64,000 nucleotides of DNA from Deinococcota bacterium (GTDB taxonomy: Bacteria > Deinococcota > Deinococci > Deinococcales > Thermaceae), in contig JBGFRI010000001.1 in the NCBI GenBank assembly GCA_041695225.1, forward strand, positions 8,438-72,437. Direction: 5' to 3'. Position 1 is the first letter of the stretch; each line of letters begins with the position of its first letter. The notes under the pieces are model-generated. The model was not told the DNA's origin, made no database searches, and saw nothing but the letters and a program-made list of their open reading frames with translations. Below, piece after piece: positions 45,228-55,469 of this stretch. A program made the translations under genes and the position numbers.

Positions 45228-46733
45228 CTACAGGCGTGAACTGGCTTTGGCCAGGGCTTTTAGGCCCGTAGCAACCCCGGCCTCGAGGTCTGTTTCGGCA
45301 TAGCGCCACGACCAGTTACCCCCCAGCTTACCGGGGAAGTTCATCCGCGCCTCGGTTCCCAGGCCCAATACATCTTGCAGCGGGGCCACGGCCAGGCTTG
45401 CCCGGCTTTTGAAGGCCAGCTCGATTAGCGCCCCAGCGGCCTCGTACTGCGACACACAGCGAATACTTTGGCGGGCCAGGTAGCTACGCATGAAAGCTAG
45501 CTCGGCCTGGGCCGCAGTGCAAAACCAGCCCAGGCTGGTGTCGTTGTCGTGGGTGCCAGTATACGCCACTACATTGCCATGCTTAGGGTAGTTGTGTGGC
45601 AGAAAGGGGTTGGTCTCATCGGAGAAAGCGAACTGGAGGATCTTCATACCCGGAAAGCCAAAGCCGTCGCGCAGGGCTTCGACCTCGGGGGTGATTACCC
45701 CCAGGTCTTCGGCGATGATGGGGGCGTCCCCCAAGGCCTGCTGCACGGCTCTAAAAAGCTTTTGGCCGGGGGCTTTGACCCACCGGCCCACCGTGGCATC
45801 GGGCATCCCGAAGGGTATTTCCCAGCAGGCCTCGAAGCCGCGGAAGTGGTCAATCCGCACCAGGTGGCACTGCTTGAGCGACTGCTGGATGCGCGAAACC
45901 CACCAGGAGAAGTTTTCCTGCTCCATTACCTCCCAGCGGTATAGCGGGTTGCCCCATAGCTGCCCGGTCTCGGAAAAGTAATCGGGCGGAACACCGGCAA
46001 CCACGGTAGGGTTGCCATCTTTATCCAGATGAAAATACCGCTGGTTGGCCCAGACATCGGAGGAGTCGAAGGCAACAAAGATGGGCATATCGCCAATAAT
46101 TTGCAATCCCAGGGATTCGGCATGGGCTCTGGTCTTTCCCCATTCGGCATAAAACAGCCACTGGATCCACTCGTGAAAGGCCACGTCGTAAGCTAGCTCC
46201 TCGCGAGCTTTGGCCAGGGCCGCGGGTTTGCGGTCGCGCAGGTAGGGGCTCCACTCGTTCCAGGGCTTGCCGCCAAAGCGGGTTTTGAGCGCCATGAACA
46301 GGGCAAAGTCTAGCAGCCAGCCCTGCTCGGACTGGATGAAGGCCTCGAGGGCCGCCTTATCCTGGGCCGAGCCCCTGGCCTCAAAGCCGGTGAAAGCCCG
46401 CCGCAACAGGGGCCAGCGGGTCTCGTAAAGCCAGCCGTAGTTCACGTAATTGGAGGAGTATGGTGGCGGCTCTTCGGTCTTTTCGAGCCACCCTTTCTCA
46501 ATCAACATCTCCGGGTCTACCAGATAGGGGTTACCGGCAAAGGCCGAGAATGACTGGTAGGGAGAGTCGCCGTAGCTGGTAGGGCCCAGCGGCAGCACCT
46601 GCCACCACCTGGCCCCAGTTGAGGCCAGCCAGTCCAGAAACCTGCGCGCCTCCCGGCCCAGGGCCCCAATTCCCCACCGACCAGGAAAGCTGGTGGGGTG
46701 GAGCAGAATACCAAATGAACGCTCAATTTTCAT
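45228..46733 (-). CDS. malQ: 4-alpha-glucanotransferase (amylomaltase, GH77)
   Basis: GILLHPTSFP, RIDHFRG, IAEDLG and YTGTHDNDT motifs. Confidence 0.96.
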   Translation of the reverse strand: MKIERSFGILLHPTSFPGRWGIGALGREARRFLDWLASTGARWWQVLPLGPTSYGDSPYQSFSAFAGNPYLVDPEMLIEKGWLEKTEEPPPYSSNYVNYGWLYETRWPLLRRAFTGFEARGSAQDKAALEAFIQSEQGWLLDFALFMALKTRFGGKPWNEWSPYLRDRKPAALAKAREELAYDVAFHEWIQWLFYAEWGKTRAHAESLGLQIIGDMPIFVAFDSSDVWANQRYFHLDKDGNPTVVAGVPPDYFSETGQLWGNPLYRWEVMEQENFSWWVSRIQQSLKQCHLVRIDHFRGFEACWEIPFGMPDATVGRWVKAPGQKLFRAVQQALGDAPIIAEDLGVITPEVEALRDGFGFPGMKILQFAFSDETNPFLPHNYPKHGNVVAYTGTHDNDTSLGWFCTAAQAELAFMRSYLARQSIRCVSQYEAAGALIELAFKSRASLAVAPLQDVLGLGTEARMNFPGKLGGNWSWRYAETDLEAGVATGLKALAKASSRL

Positions 46734-46766
46734 AGCAGGACTAGTCTATCCCACATATGCCGACGT

Positions 46767-46780
46767 TGGAAGCGCTTCTA
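46767..46780. promoter_or_regulatory. LacI-family operator upstream of malQ
   Basis: Palindrome TGGAAGCGCTTCTA. Confidence 0.7.
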
Positions 46781-46943
46781 TGATTCCCGAAAACGTTGGA
46801 GACTCAGAGCTGAAGCATCTCTCCCACTGAGAAGGCACGTGGTCACATATGGCTCAAGAATGGTATTTCCCCAGCGCTTTAGGCAGAGGAAAGGTAGTTT
46901 CATCTGCTCGCCAAAAGGACCATTCTGGACTGTTGCCTGCAGA

Positions 46944-48296
46944 TCAGTCTGCGGCGGCTCCTACCACGCCCAGCGCTTCGTCTACCAGAGCCAGGCCTTG
47001 CTCTATCAGGTCCAGGCCGTACTCGAGTTCTTCACGGCCGATGACCAGCGGTGGGCAGACCCAGACCATATTGAAGCGGCTGAAGGCATAAATGTGCTTG
47101 GCTCTCAGGAAGCCGGCCAGTTTCTGCATCTCTACAGACGTGCCGTTGAAAGGGGCCAGGGGCTCCTTGGCGGCTTTGTCGCGGACAAGTTCAATTGCGC
47201 TGAACAGCCCGATGTAGCGCACATCACCCACACAGGCGTATTTTTTACGCATGGCCTCGAGGCGCTGGCCCAGATACCGGCCCTGAGTTTCGGTGTTTTC
47301 GAACAGGCCCTCTTCTTCGTAGACCGCGAGGTTGGCCACCGCGGCCGCACACGAGACCGGGTGGCCGGAGTAGGTTAGCCCGCCCCAAAGCATCTGGTTT
47401 TCAAAAAAGTCGGCAATGGGCTGAGAGACAATCACCGCTCCCAGAGGCATGTAGCCGCTGGTCAGTCCTTTGGCGCTGGTCACCATATCGGGCTTGACGC
47501 CATAGTGCTGGGTAGAAAGCCACCTGCCTGTACGTCCGAAGCCGCTCATCACCTCGTCGGTAATCAGCAGAAGGTCATATTTGTCACACAGCGCCCGCAG
47601 CCTGGGGTAGTAGTCGTCGGGAGGAACCAAGAGCCCATTGGAGCCGGTGATGCCCTCAACCATAATGGCTGCGATGGTATGGGGGCCTTCCATCTGGATG
47701 ATCTCGTCAATATGACTTATGCACTCGCGTTTGCAGGAGTCGGGGGTTTTGCCAAAAGGGCAGCGGTAGCAGTAGGGGTCGAAGACCCGCACAATGCCCG
47801 GAATACCAGGTTCCACCGGCCAGCGGCGAGGGTCTCCGGAAGCGGTCATGGAACCCATAGTTGCCCCGTGGTAGCTGCGGTAGCGGGTGATGATCTTGTC
47901 GCGTCCGGTATAAAGGCGCGCCATCTTCATGGCGTTTTCGTTGGCTTCGGAGCCACCCAGGCAGAAAAACGACTTGGCTAACCCGGTTACCTCAGATAGC
48001 TTTTTGCCCAGCTGCCCCCGCGGCTCGGTAGCAAAGCTGGGGCCAGCAAAACACAGTTCGTCCACCTGTTTTTTGATGGCCTGCAAAACCCTGGGGTGCT
48101 GGTGCCCCACATTTATATTGATAAGCTGGCTGCTAAAGTCCAGCCACTTGTTGCCTTCGCCGTCCCAGAACCACACGCCCTGCGATCTGGCCATATGAAT
48201 GGGGTTTGCAGTGCTCTGTACCGACCACGAAAACAGGGTGTAATCGCGGTTCTCCTGTATAACTTCCTTGGATGAGCGTTCCACTATTACCTCCAC
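46944..48296 (-). CDS. Class III (omega) aminotransferase
   Basis: GGSEANE, SYHGAT, DEVMSGFGRTG and AKGLTSG motifs. Confidence 0.92.
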   Translation of the reverse strand: MEVIVERSSKEVIQENRDYTLFSWSVQSTANPIHMARSQGVWFWDGEGNKWLDFSSQLININVGHQHPRVLQAIKKQVDELCFAGPSFATEPRGQLGKKLSEVTGLAKSFFCLGGSEANENAMKMARLYTGRDKIITRYRSYHGATMGSMTASGDPRRWPVEPGIPGIVRVFDPYCYRCPFGKTPDSCKRECISHIDEIIQMEGPHTIAAIMVEGITGSNGLLVPPDDYYPRLRALCDKYDLLLITDEVMSGFGRTGRWLSTQHYGVKPDMVTSAKGLTSGYMPLGAVIVSQPIADFFENQMLWGGLTYSGHPVSCAAAVANLAVYEEEGLFENTETQGRYLGQRLEAMRKKYACVGDVRYIGLFSAIELVRDKAAKEPLAPFNGTSVEMQKLAGFLRAKHIYAFSRFNMVWVCPPLVIGREELEYGLDLIEQGLALVDEALGVVGAAAD

Positions 48297-48498
48297 TTGC
48301 GGCGTAATGCCCCAATGGTAGACCTAGTAACCGGGCAGATGCAATGGACAAAGTGTAAAGGGCCTTTGCCGAACAGGCCTCAGGCCCATTAGGGCAGATA
48401 CCGCAAGCTCCTGTAGCAAGCTATTTCTAGAACCACTGCTTTTGCTGTCCGCGGCAAACCACCTAGGGCTTGCCTCAAATTGGGCTGGCATTTCAGGC

Positions 48499-49533
48499 TC
48501 AACTGCGCCGGGCTGGATTGGCTGTCAGAACAAGGGATACCGTAAGGGTCTGGCTTCCGCGGCGAATTGTCAGGGTTACCGTGTCGCCCACTTCCTTGCT
48601 GCGTATGTAACGCTGGAGCTGGGTGACATCGTTGAAGGTTCGGCCATCGGCCTTGAGGATCACGTCAAACTCGAAAACTTCCCGACCAGCTTCTAAGCGA
48701 GTGGTAAAACCACGTAAACCAGCCCTTTCGGCGGCACCTCCCGGCAAAAGCCCCCGAATCAATACTCCTTCTCTGGGGATGCCTAGAGTGGCCGCGGTGT
48801 CGTCGTCAATCTGGAAAAGCTGCACCCCAATGAAGGGCACGTTTCGTCGGAGCCCCTCCTGGAGCTGACTAATCACCTCGTCCAGGCCGAGCAGAGGGGA
48901 TAGGTAGCTCTCAAATACCCCATCGGGCTGCCCAATTGCGACTACTACAGCCACCACCCGCCCGGCCTGATTGATAACCGGGCCTCCCGAGTCGCCGGGC
49001 GCCAGCGGGATAGAAGTAGAGATAGCGATGGAGTTAAAGAAGGGAAAAATGTCGCGCTCTAAGGAATTTACCAAACCATAGCGAGGCGCATTAAACTCGC
49101 CCCTCGAGTTCCCGATTGCCAGCAAGGGCTCTCCAACACGCAGACCTCCACGGGTCTCGAGCGGCAAGTAGGGCATGGGTGCGCTAACCCGGGCCCGCAA
49201 AATAGCCAGGTCGCGAAACTCATCGTAGCCCACCAGCTCGGCAGAGAGGGGCTCGTTTCTGAAATTAACTACGCGAAAACTGCGGCTGCCCTCAATTACG
49301 TGATAGGCCGTCACCAGTAGCCCATCGGGGCTAATAAAGAAGCCCGAACCCGTACCGTCGGGAATGGTCTCGATGCGCACGGCTGCCGCAACGGTACGGT
49401 CATAGACCTGCTCGAGGGCCGTTTGGGTTGCCGTGGTAAGTACCCGGGGCGCCGGAAGAGGCTGGGCGTAAATTACCGCTGCCAACGTACCCAGATAGAT
49501 TGTTGCTGCCAGTATCAACCACGAACGACGCAT
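48499..49533 (-). CDS. HtrA/S1C serine protease with PDZ domain
   Basis: GSGF, TAYHV, DLAIL and PGDSGGP motifs; signal peptide. Confidence 0.92.
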   Translation of the reverse strand: MRRSWLILAATIYLGTLAAVIYAQPLPAPRVLTTATQTALEQVYDRTVAAAVRIETIPDGTGSGFFISPDGLLVTAYHVIEGSRSFRVVNFRNEPLSAELVGYDEFRDLAILRARVSAPMPYLPLETRGGLRVGEPLLAIGNSRGEFNAPRYGLVNSLERDIFPFFNSIAISTSIPLAPGDSGGPVINQAGRVVAVVVAIGQPDGVFESYLSPLLGLDEVISQLQEGLRRNVPFIGVQLFQIDDDTAATLGIPREGVLIRGLLPGGAAERAGLRGFTTRLEAGREVFEFDVILKADGRTFNDVTQLQRYIRSKEVGDTVTLTIRRGSQTLTVSLVLTANPARRS

Positions 49534-49712
49534 GTACGGCCTCCTCGGTAGAGCGCCCCCGCGCAGCTACAAAAGTAGCTTAGCCCATCCGCCACCACTT
49601 TTTTATGCTGGAAAGCACACTATTTAGCCTCATACCACCCTTGCAATCATTCCGCAAAAACCCAACAGTGGGGCGAGCCTATGGGTGTGGTGACGGACTG
49701 GCTGGAGATGTG

Positions 49713-49795
49713 GGTGAGTAGCGCTACGCGCTGTCGAAAGCCGAAGGTCAAAGGTCTAGAGCATTGCTGGTGGCCTTCGACTTTCGACCTTTGAC
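49713..49795. repeat. Inverted copy of the 8248-8331 element
   Basis: ggtgagtagcgctacgcgctgtcgaaagccgaaggtcaaaggtctagagcattgctggtggccttcgactttcgacctttgac. Confidence 0.85.
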
Positions 49796-49901
49796 TTTCT
49801 TATTATGGAGAATACTGCGGAATCTTTACTTCGCTACAGGTTGCTACTATAATGCCTATGACGCAGTAGGCAGTTTTGTAAAAGTCTGGTTCAATACCTT
49901 G

Positions 49902-49915
49902 TGGAAGCGCTGCCA
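49902..49915. promoter_or_regulatory. LacI-family operator upstream of malE
   Basis: TGGAAGCGCTGCCA. Confidence 0.65.
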
Positions 49916-49991
49916 TGAACTGTCGTCATCACTCGACTCGAGCCATGTTCCAGAACTGAGTTGTGAAGCATGACTCGACACCAGGAGGAGT

Positions 49992-51197
49992 ATGAAAAGA
50001 GTTCTCTTGATCGCAGCTGTAATGGCCCTTGGTCTGATTGGTTCAGCCCAGGCCCAGGGCAGAATAACAGTCTGGACTCACTATCCAGGCCCCGAACTAA
50101 CCTGGCTTACACAAACCGCAGAAGCCTTCACGCGAGCCACCGGAACCCGGGTAGAGATTGTCTCGGTGCCCTTTGGCGATATTCAGAACAAGTTCATTCT
50201 GGGAGCCCCGCAGGGCCAGGCGGCCGACCTGGTGGTGAGTATACCCCACGACTGGGTGGGCGCCATGGCTACAGCAGGTGTGCTCGAGCCCATGGGTAGA
50301 TACGTTACCAGAGACTTTCTCCAGGATCTCTCACCGGTGGCTGTGGAGGCCCTGACCTTCCGCAACCATCTTTTTGCTCTGCCCATGTTTGCCGAGTCGG
50401 TAGCCCTGATCTACAACAGAAGGCTGGTCAGGACTCCCCCCAGAACCTGGGATGAGTTCCTGCGCGTGGCCCAGGAGCATACCAGGGGGGACAGATTTGG
50501 CTTCCTGTACGATCTGGGAAACCCCTACTTCAACTTCGGTTGGTTTGCGGCCTATGGGGCCACGGTTTTTGGTCGTGATGCTCGAGGTGCGGTAGATACC
50601 AGAGAGGTGCGCCTGGGTGGAGATGCGGGTAACCGTGCCGTAACCTTTATCCGCGACCTGCGCTTCCGCCACCGCTTGATTCCCGAAGGGGTGGACTATG
50701 GCGTGGCCCACAGTGCTTTCATGGAAGGTGCGCTGGCCATGATCCTCAACGGCCCCTGGGCCATTGGCGACTACCGGCGGGCCGGTATTGACTTCGGCAT
50801 CGCACCCTTGCCCAACCCTCCCGGTGGAGGGCAGTGGCGGCCCTTTGTGGGGGTGCAGGGTGTGGCCATGAACGCCTTCTCCCGCAATAAGACCGCGGCC
50901 GCCAACTTTGCCAAGCTGCTGGTTAGCCCGCGTAATCAGGTTGCCTTCAGTAGAGCTGGAGGCCGCGTGCCGGTCTCCCGGCAGGCTGTGGAGCAACTAC
51001 GTGCCGATCCAGTAGTGGTTGGTTTTTCGGCCACCATCGCGATCGGTACGCCGATGCCCAACGTCCCCGAAATGGGTAAGGTCTGGGGGCCCTGGGGCAG
51101 CGCCCTGGCCACAGCAGTCCTGAGAGCCGACACCGACATACCTCGGATAGTAGCCGCCATGGCGGAGGAGATCAACAGGGGTCTTGGGGGTCGCTAA
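49992..51197 (+). CDS. malE: Maltose/maltodextrin ABC transporter substrate-binding protein
   Basis: Signal peptide, PHDWVG, LIYN, NGPW and PMPNVPEMGKVW motifs; AGGAGG RBS. Confidence 0.92.
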   Translation: MKRVLLIAAVMALGLIGSAQAQGRITVWTHYPGPELTWLTQTAEAFTRATGTRVEIVSVPFGDIQNKFILGAPQGQAADLVVSIPHDWVGAMATAGVLEPMGRYVTRDFLQDLSPVAVEALTFRNHLFALPMFAESVALIYNRRLVRTPPRTWDEFLRVAQEHTRGDRFGFLYDLGNPYFNFGWFAAYGATVFGRDARGAVDTREVRLGGDAGNRAVTFIRDLRFRHRLIPEGVDYGVAHSAFMEGALAMILNGPWAIGDYRRAGIDFGIAPLPNPPGGGQWRPFVGVQGVAMNAFSRNKTAAANFAKLLVSPRNQVAFSRAGGRVPVSRQAVEQLRADPVVVGFSATIAIGTPMPNVPEMGKVWGPWGSALATAVLRADTDIPRIVAAMAEEINRGLGGR

Positions 51198-51210
51198 ATC
51201 TTCAAGGCAG

Positions 51211-51238
51211 AACCCCCTCCGCACGGAGGGGGTTTTTG
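51211..51238 (+). terminator. Intrinsic terminator after malE
   Basis: AACCCCCTCCG-CA-CGGAGGGGGTT followed by further Ts. Confidence 0.85.
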
Positions 51239-51319
51239 TTGGGCCAAGTTTGAAACCGGCTGTGAGAGGACAGTGGTCACATCGGCTAGCCGTTCGCCCC
51301 CAGCAGTCAAGGAAAACTG

Positions 51320-51333
51320 CAAAAGCGCTTCCA
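51320..51333. promoter_or_regulatory. LacI-family operator upstream of malF
   Basis: CAAAAGCGCTTCCA. Confidence 0.55.
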
Positions 51334-51447
51334 TGTCGGTCAGCACAGGTTAGAGGCTCTTTCAAACACTGGCTTTGAGGTATATACTGGGGTCATTCAA
51401 AGGGTTCATTGCTTGGTCTGGTGCCAAACAATGTTGCCGGAGGTCTC

Positions 51448-52801
51448 CATGTACCGTTCCCCGCCTGGCGCTCGAGGTTTCTTCATAGCTATTGGCCTGC
51501 TGGGTGGAGCCATGATTGGGGCTGCGGTGGTAGCGTTGCTGGCATTCTGGGCCTTGCAAGCAGCCTTTCCCCGGCCCATCGATCAGGGCTATCCCGGATA
51601 CCTGGCCTTGCTATTTGGAGCCATTGTCCTGATTCCGGTACTGATCTGGCTGGGCAGACGTATCCCCTACCTGACCGACTGGTATTACCTCCTGCCGGCC
51701 ATCACTTTTTTGCTGGCTTTCACCCTGTTTCCCATTATTCTGACCGCCTACTTCGCGTTTACCAACTTCTCGGCTATGCGCAGTGGCAAGCCCGACCGCT
51801 CTACCCAGGCCACGGTCTTGCACCTGGAAGATCGGCGGCTGGTGGTGGATGGCGACGCCGCCTTTATGCTGCGCTGCGAACAGCCCGACTGCGCCGGTGA
51901 GGCCCTGGAAATAACCAATAAGACCCAGAGGGCTCGAGTGGTTGCGGTACAGGCCAGCCAGGATACCATCCTGCTAACCGCACCCCCACCATTCGAGCCG
52001 AGCCTGGTCTACCGTATCAACGATTACCAGTTTGTGGGCTTTCAGAACTTCGTCTGGATCTTCAGCCAGGCGGGAGTTATCCTGCTTCCGCTACTGATAT
52101 GGAACATCATCTTTGCTGCCGGGGCAGTAGTGGTTGGAGCCATCCCAGGCCTAATTTTAGGCCTGATACTCAACAACAAAAACCTGGCCCTGCGTGGTTT
52201 GTACCGTACCGCCCTGATCATCTCCTGGGCCATTCCAGCAGTAATCAGCGTACAGATTTTCACTGCCATGCTCAATGTGCAGTTCGGCCCCATCAACCGG
52301 CTCCTGGGGCTTCTGGGCTCTTATCCGGTTCCCTGGCTTACCGATCCGGACTGGTTCCGGATCTCGGCCCTGCTGATTGCTATGTGGATAGGCTTCCCCT
52401 ACTGGATGATTGCGACCCTGGGTGCCCTCTCGACCATCCCTGAGGATGTCTACGAAGCCGCCAAGATAGACGGGGCAAACTTCTTCCAGACCCTTACCGG
52501 CATCACCCTGCCCTTGTTGCGCCTGCCCTTTATCCCGCTGGTTCTGGCTTCATTCGCTTTCAACTTTAACAACTTTGGCCTGATCTTTCTGATGGGTGCA
52601 CAGCCCCCGGTAGAGGGGCGACCATCTACGGCCCAGGCCGGAGACATCCTGATCACCTGGGCCTACAAAACCGCATTTCAAGCCGATGGGGGCATGGCCT
52701 ATGGCCTGGGTGGCGCGATCTCGATCATTATCTTCTTCCTGACCGTGGCCATTAGCCTGATCAATTTCCGCTTTACCGGCGCCCTCAAGGAGGTGCGCTG
52801 A
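51448..52801 (+). CDS. malF: Maltose ABC transporter permease
   Basis: GFQNF, EAA loop YEAAKIDGA and FAFNFNNF; GGAGG before MYRSPP. Confidence 0.9.
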
Positions 52802-54132
52802 TGGTGGCTATTTTGACCCGTTATATGGGCTGGGCGGTGTTTGGCTTGGTGGTGGCCTGGGTGCTATTTGTCTACTTCCCCAGCCTGCTCGCGCGCATCC
52901 AGCCCAATACCCCACCGGGCTTTATTCGAGTCGAGAATGGCTGGGCTTATGCTCTGGTCGCATTGCTAGCGGCGGTGGGTCTCATCTTGTTATATGCACT
53001 GGTGGTCACGTATATCAACAACCTCCGCAAGGGACGCAAGCGTTCTCCTTTTCCCCTTTTTGGGCAAGGCCTGACGCACCTGTTCTTGATTTTGGTCCTC
53101 CTGCTGGCCTACTACCCGATCTTACAGATCCTGGCAGCATCCTTTGACCCTCGCAACACCCTCTTTCGCATTTTTCCCCCGGCTAGCGACAATCTGCTGA
53201 TACGGGCCAGGGTCATCCCGGACTTTTCGCAGCTGAGCTGGGCAAACTATTTCCAGCTCTTCGACGGATTTGTCCTATTTGCCTACCAGGCCGTCTTAAT
53301 GGCCATTGCCGGGCTTTGTCTGCTGATCTTTTTGACCATGGTCTTCTATCGCCGCATTATCGGCGACGATGGAACCGCAAGTTTCTACGCGCTCATTCAG
53401 GGCCGCAGCCTGACGGTTTTTGCCATCCTGGGTTTCATACTGGTAATTTTCCTTTCGCCCGAACAGTTCACCGGCATGGCTACTGAGTCCAAGTTTATGC
53501 TCTGGGTCAGGAACACCCTTTTGGTCTCAGGTATTACCGGGATTCTGGCGGTGCTGCTCACCGCCACCGCCGGATATGCCTTTGCACGGTTCAGTTTTCC
53601 CGGCCGATATCCGATGCTGCTGGTCTTCATCTTCGTGCAAATGTTTCCTGGGTTTTTGGGCCTGGTCGCAACCTACTTTTTGATCTCGAACCTGGGCCTG
53701 CTCAACACCTTTACCGGCCTGGTGCTGGCCTACACCGGCGGCATCATCAGCTTTGGAACCTGGGTCTACAAGGGTTTTCTGGAGAGCATCTCCAAAAGTC
53801 TGGAAGAGGCCGCGCTAATAGACGGGGCCAGCAAGTGGCAGGCTTTCACCCTGGTCCTGCTACCACTTTCGGCGCCGATGTTTGTGTTCATCTTCCTGCT
53901 GCAATTTGTCGGCACCTATTCCGAGTTCATGATGGCCAACCTGCTGCTTACCGGGGTAGATTCCTGGACGGTCGGCATGGGGTTGCGCAACTTTACCATC
54001 GGGCAGTTTTCCACCATGTGGGGCTTATTTGCGGCTGCTGCGGTGCTGGGCTCAATTCCCATTCTAATCACTTTCTATGCTTTCCAGCGCTACTTTGTCT
54101 CTGGATACACCGCTGGCTCGGTCAAGGAGTAG
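52801..54132 (+). CDS. malG: Maltose ABC transporter permease
   Basis: AGYAFARF.F, QMFP, EEAALIDGA and SGYTAGSVKE motifs. Confidence 0.9.
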   Translation: MVAILTRYMGWAVFGLVVAWVLFVYFPSLLARIQPNTPPGFIRVENGWAYALVALLAAVGLILLYALVVTYINNLRKGRKRSPFPLFGQGLTHLFLILVLLLAYYPILQILAASFDPRNTLFRIFPPASDNLLIRARVIPDFSQLSWANYFQLFDGFVLFAYQAVLMAIAGLCLLIFLTMVFYRRIIGDDGTASFYALIQGRSLTVFAILGFILVIFLSPEQFTGMATESKFMLWVRNTLLVSGITGILAVLLTATAGYAFARFSFPGRYPMLLVFIFVQMFPGFLGLVATYFLISNLGLLNTFTGLVLAYTGGIISFGTWVYKGFLESISKSLEEAALIDGASKWQAFTLVLLPLSAPMFVFIFLLQFVGTYSEFMMANLLLTGVDSWTVGMGLRNFTIGQFSTMWGLFAAAAVLGSIPILITFYAFQRYFVSGYTAGSVKE

Positions 54133-54687
54133 GGGGCTTGGGTGTTCTGACCCCGAATGGATAACTTAGCTGAACTTCACCCCCTCCAACATGGCCGCTA
54201 ACCTCCCAAACCACGCCTTGAAGCCTATCCCATTGTGGCCTGTTAGGCATCATGGCGGCAGTCTCTAGCGGTGTTTCCAGGGCCTTCCAAACATTGCTTT
54301 TGCACTGCCTTCTGCGTCACTTTAGATCTTGCTAACTTGCTTGCGTCAAAGCGCATATCACTCTAACCGCAGAACAACCATATCTGGACGTGGCCGGACA
54401 GTTCTGCCCTGATCGGTCTGAAGGGGCCATCTGGTTGCAGGCTCGAGCCGTCCTCACCAGGCACTACCCCGTACCCTACCCTGGCTCGTCAACTTGGCGA
54501 CAGCCATATCTCCGTTCGACCAGGAAAGGCGGTACCCCACCTCGAGCCCAAACCAAACAACCACAGGTGAAAAACAATGGGCAACACTCGTTTTTTGCCG
54601 CCGGGCTCTAGGAAAAGAACAGTGATGACCGCCTCAGCACGCCTTAGCTATGGCTTAAGCGTGCTTCAGGGTGGTAAAGTCTCGGCC

Positions 54688-55404
54688 ATGAACCGCAAAG
54701 ACGGGCGACAAACCCACGAACTCCGCCCCCTGTCTGTCCGGGTGGGCTATGTGCATTACGCCGAAGGGTCGGCGCTGGTAGAACTGGGGAACACCCGGGT
54801 GCTGGTGAACATCTCCCTGACCGAGGGCGTACCCCGGCATGTCTCGGGCCGCCAGGGCTGGCTGATGGCAGAGTACAACGTGCTGCCCCGTTCCACCAAG
54901 GAGCGAAAAGAGCGCGAGCGTCAGAAAATTTCCGGTCGCACAGCGGAAATTCAGCGGTTTTTGGGCCGAGCCTTCCGGGCTGCACTGGATTTGAGCTTGC
55001 TGCCCGGCAAAACAGTGGTGATTGATGCCGATGTAATTCAGGCCGACGGCGGAACCCGTGTGGCCTCGCTGATAGGGGGCTATGCAGCGCTGCACATAGC
55101 TATGGATCGTCTGGTGAATCAGGGCAAAATTGACGAATGGCCCCTGACCGAGTTTGCCGCAGTGAGCGTGGGCTGGATGGGTGAGAACACGCTGCTGCTC
55201 GATCTCACCCAGACCGAAGACGAGAGCGCCTGGGCCGATCTGACGGTTGTAGCCACCCAGTCCGGTGACATAATTGAGCTACACGGAGCAGGAGAGGGCC
55301 GCCCTGTGCCCAAGGCTACCTATCAGGCCATGCTGGAGCTGGGGCTGGCCCAAATTCCCGAGATGGTGCGGCGGGTACATGGTCAGCTAAAAAACCGTGG
55401 TTGA
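54688..55404 (+). CDS. rph: Ribonuclease PH
   Basis: AEGSALVELGNTRV, SGRTAEIQR and QADGGTR motifs; TAAAGT 7 nt before the ATG. Confidence 0.93.
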   Translation: MNRKDGRQTHELRPLSVRVGYVHYAEGSALVELGNTRVLVNISLTEGVPRHVSGRQGWLMAEYNVLPRSTKERKERERQKISGRTAEIQRFLGRAFRAALDLSLLPGKTVVIDADVIQADGGTRVASLIGGYAALHIAMDRLVNQGKIDEWPLTEFAAVSVGWMGENTLLLDLTQTEDESAWADLTVVATQSGDIIELHGAGEGRPVPKATYQAMLELGLAQIPEMVRRVHGQLKNRG

Positions 55405-55469
55405 ACACAAACCTCTAGGCAGTCCGGCGGCTCGAGGTCGGCAGACCAGGCTCAGACCACCTGGGTACG

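Noticed and set aside
54135..54670. About 540-bp intergenic gap, and the short ORF at 31416-31598
   Set aside because: No recognisable ORF, RNA motif or repeat by eye; needs a homology search.
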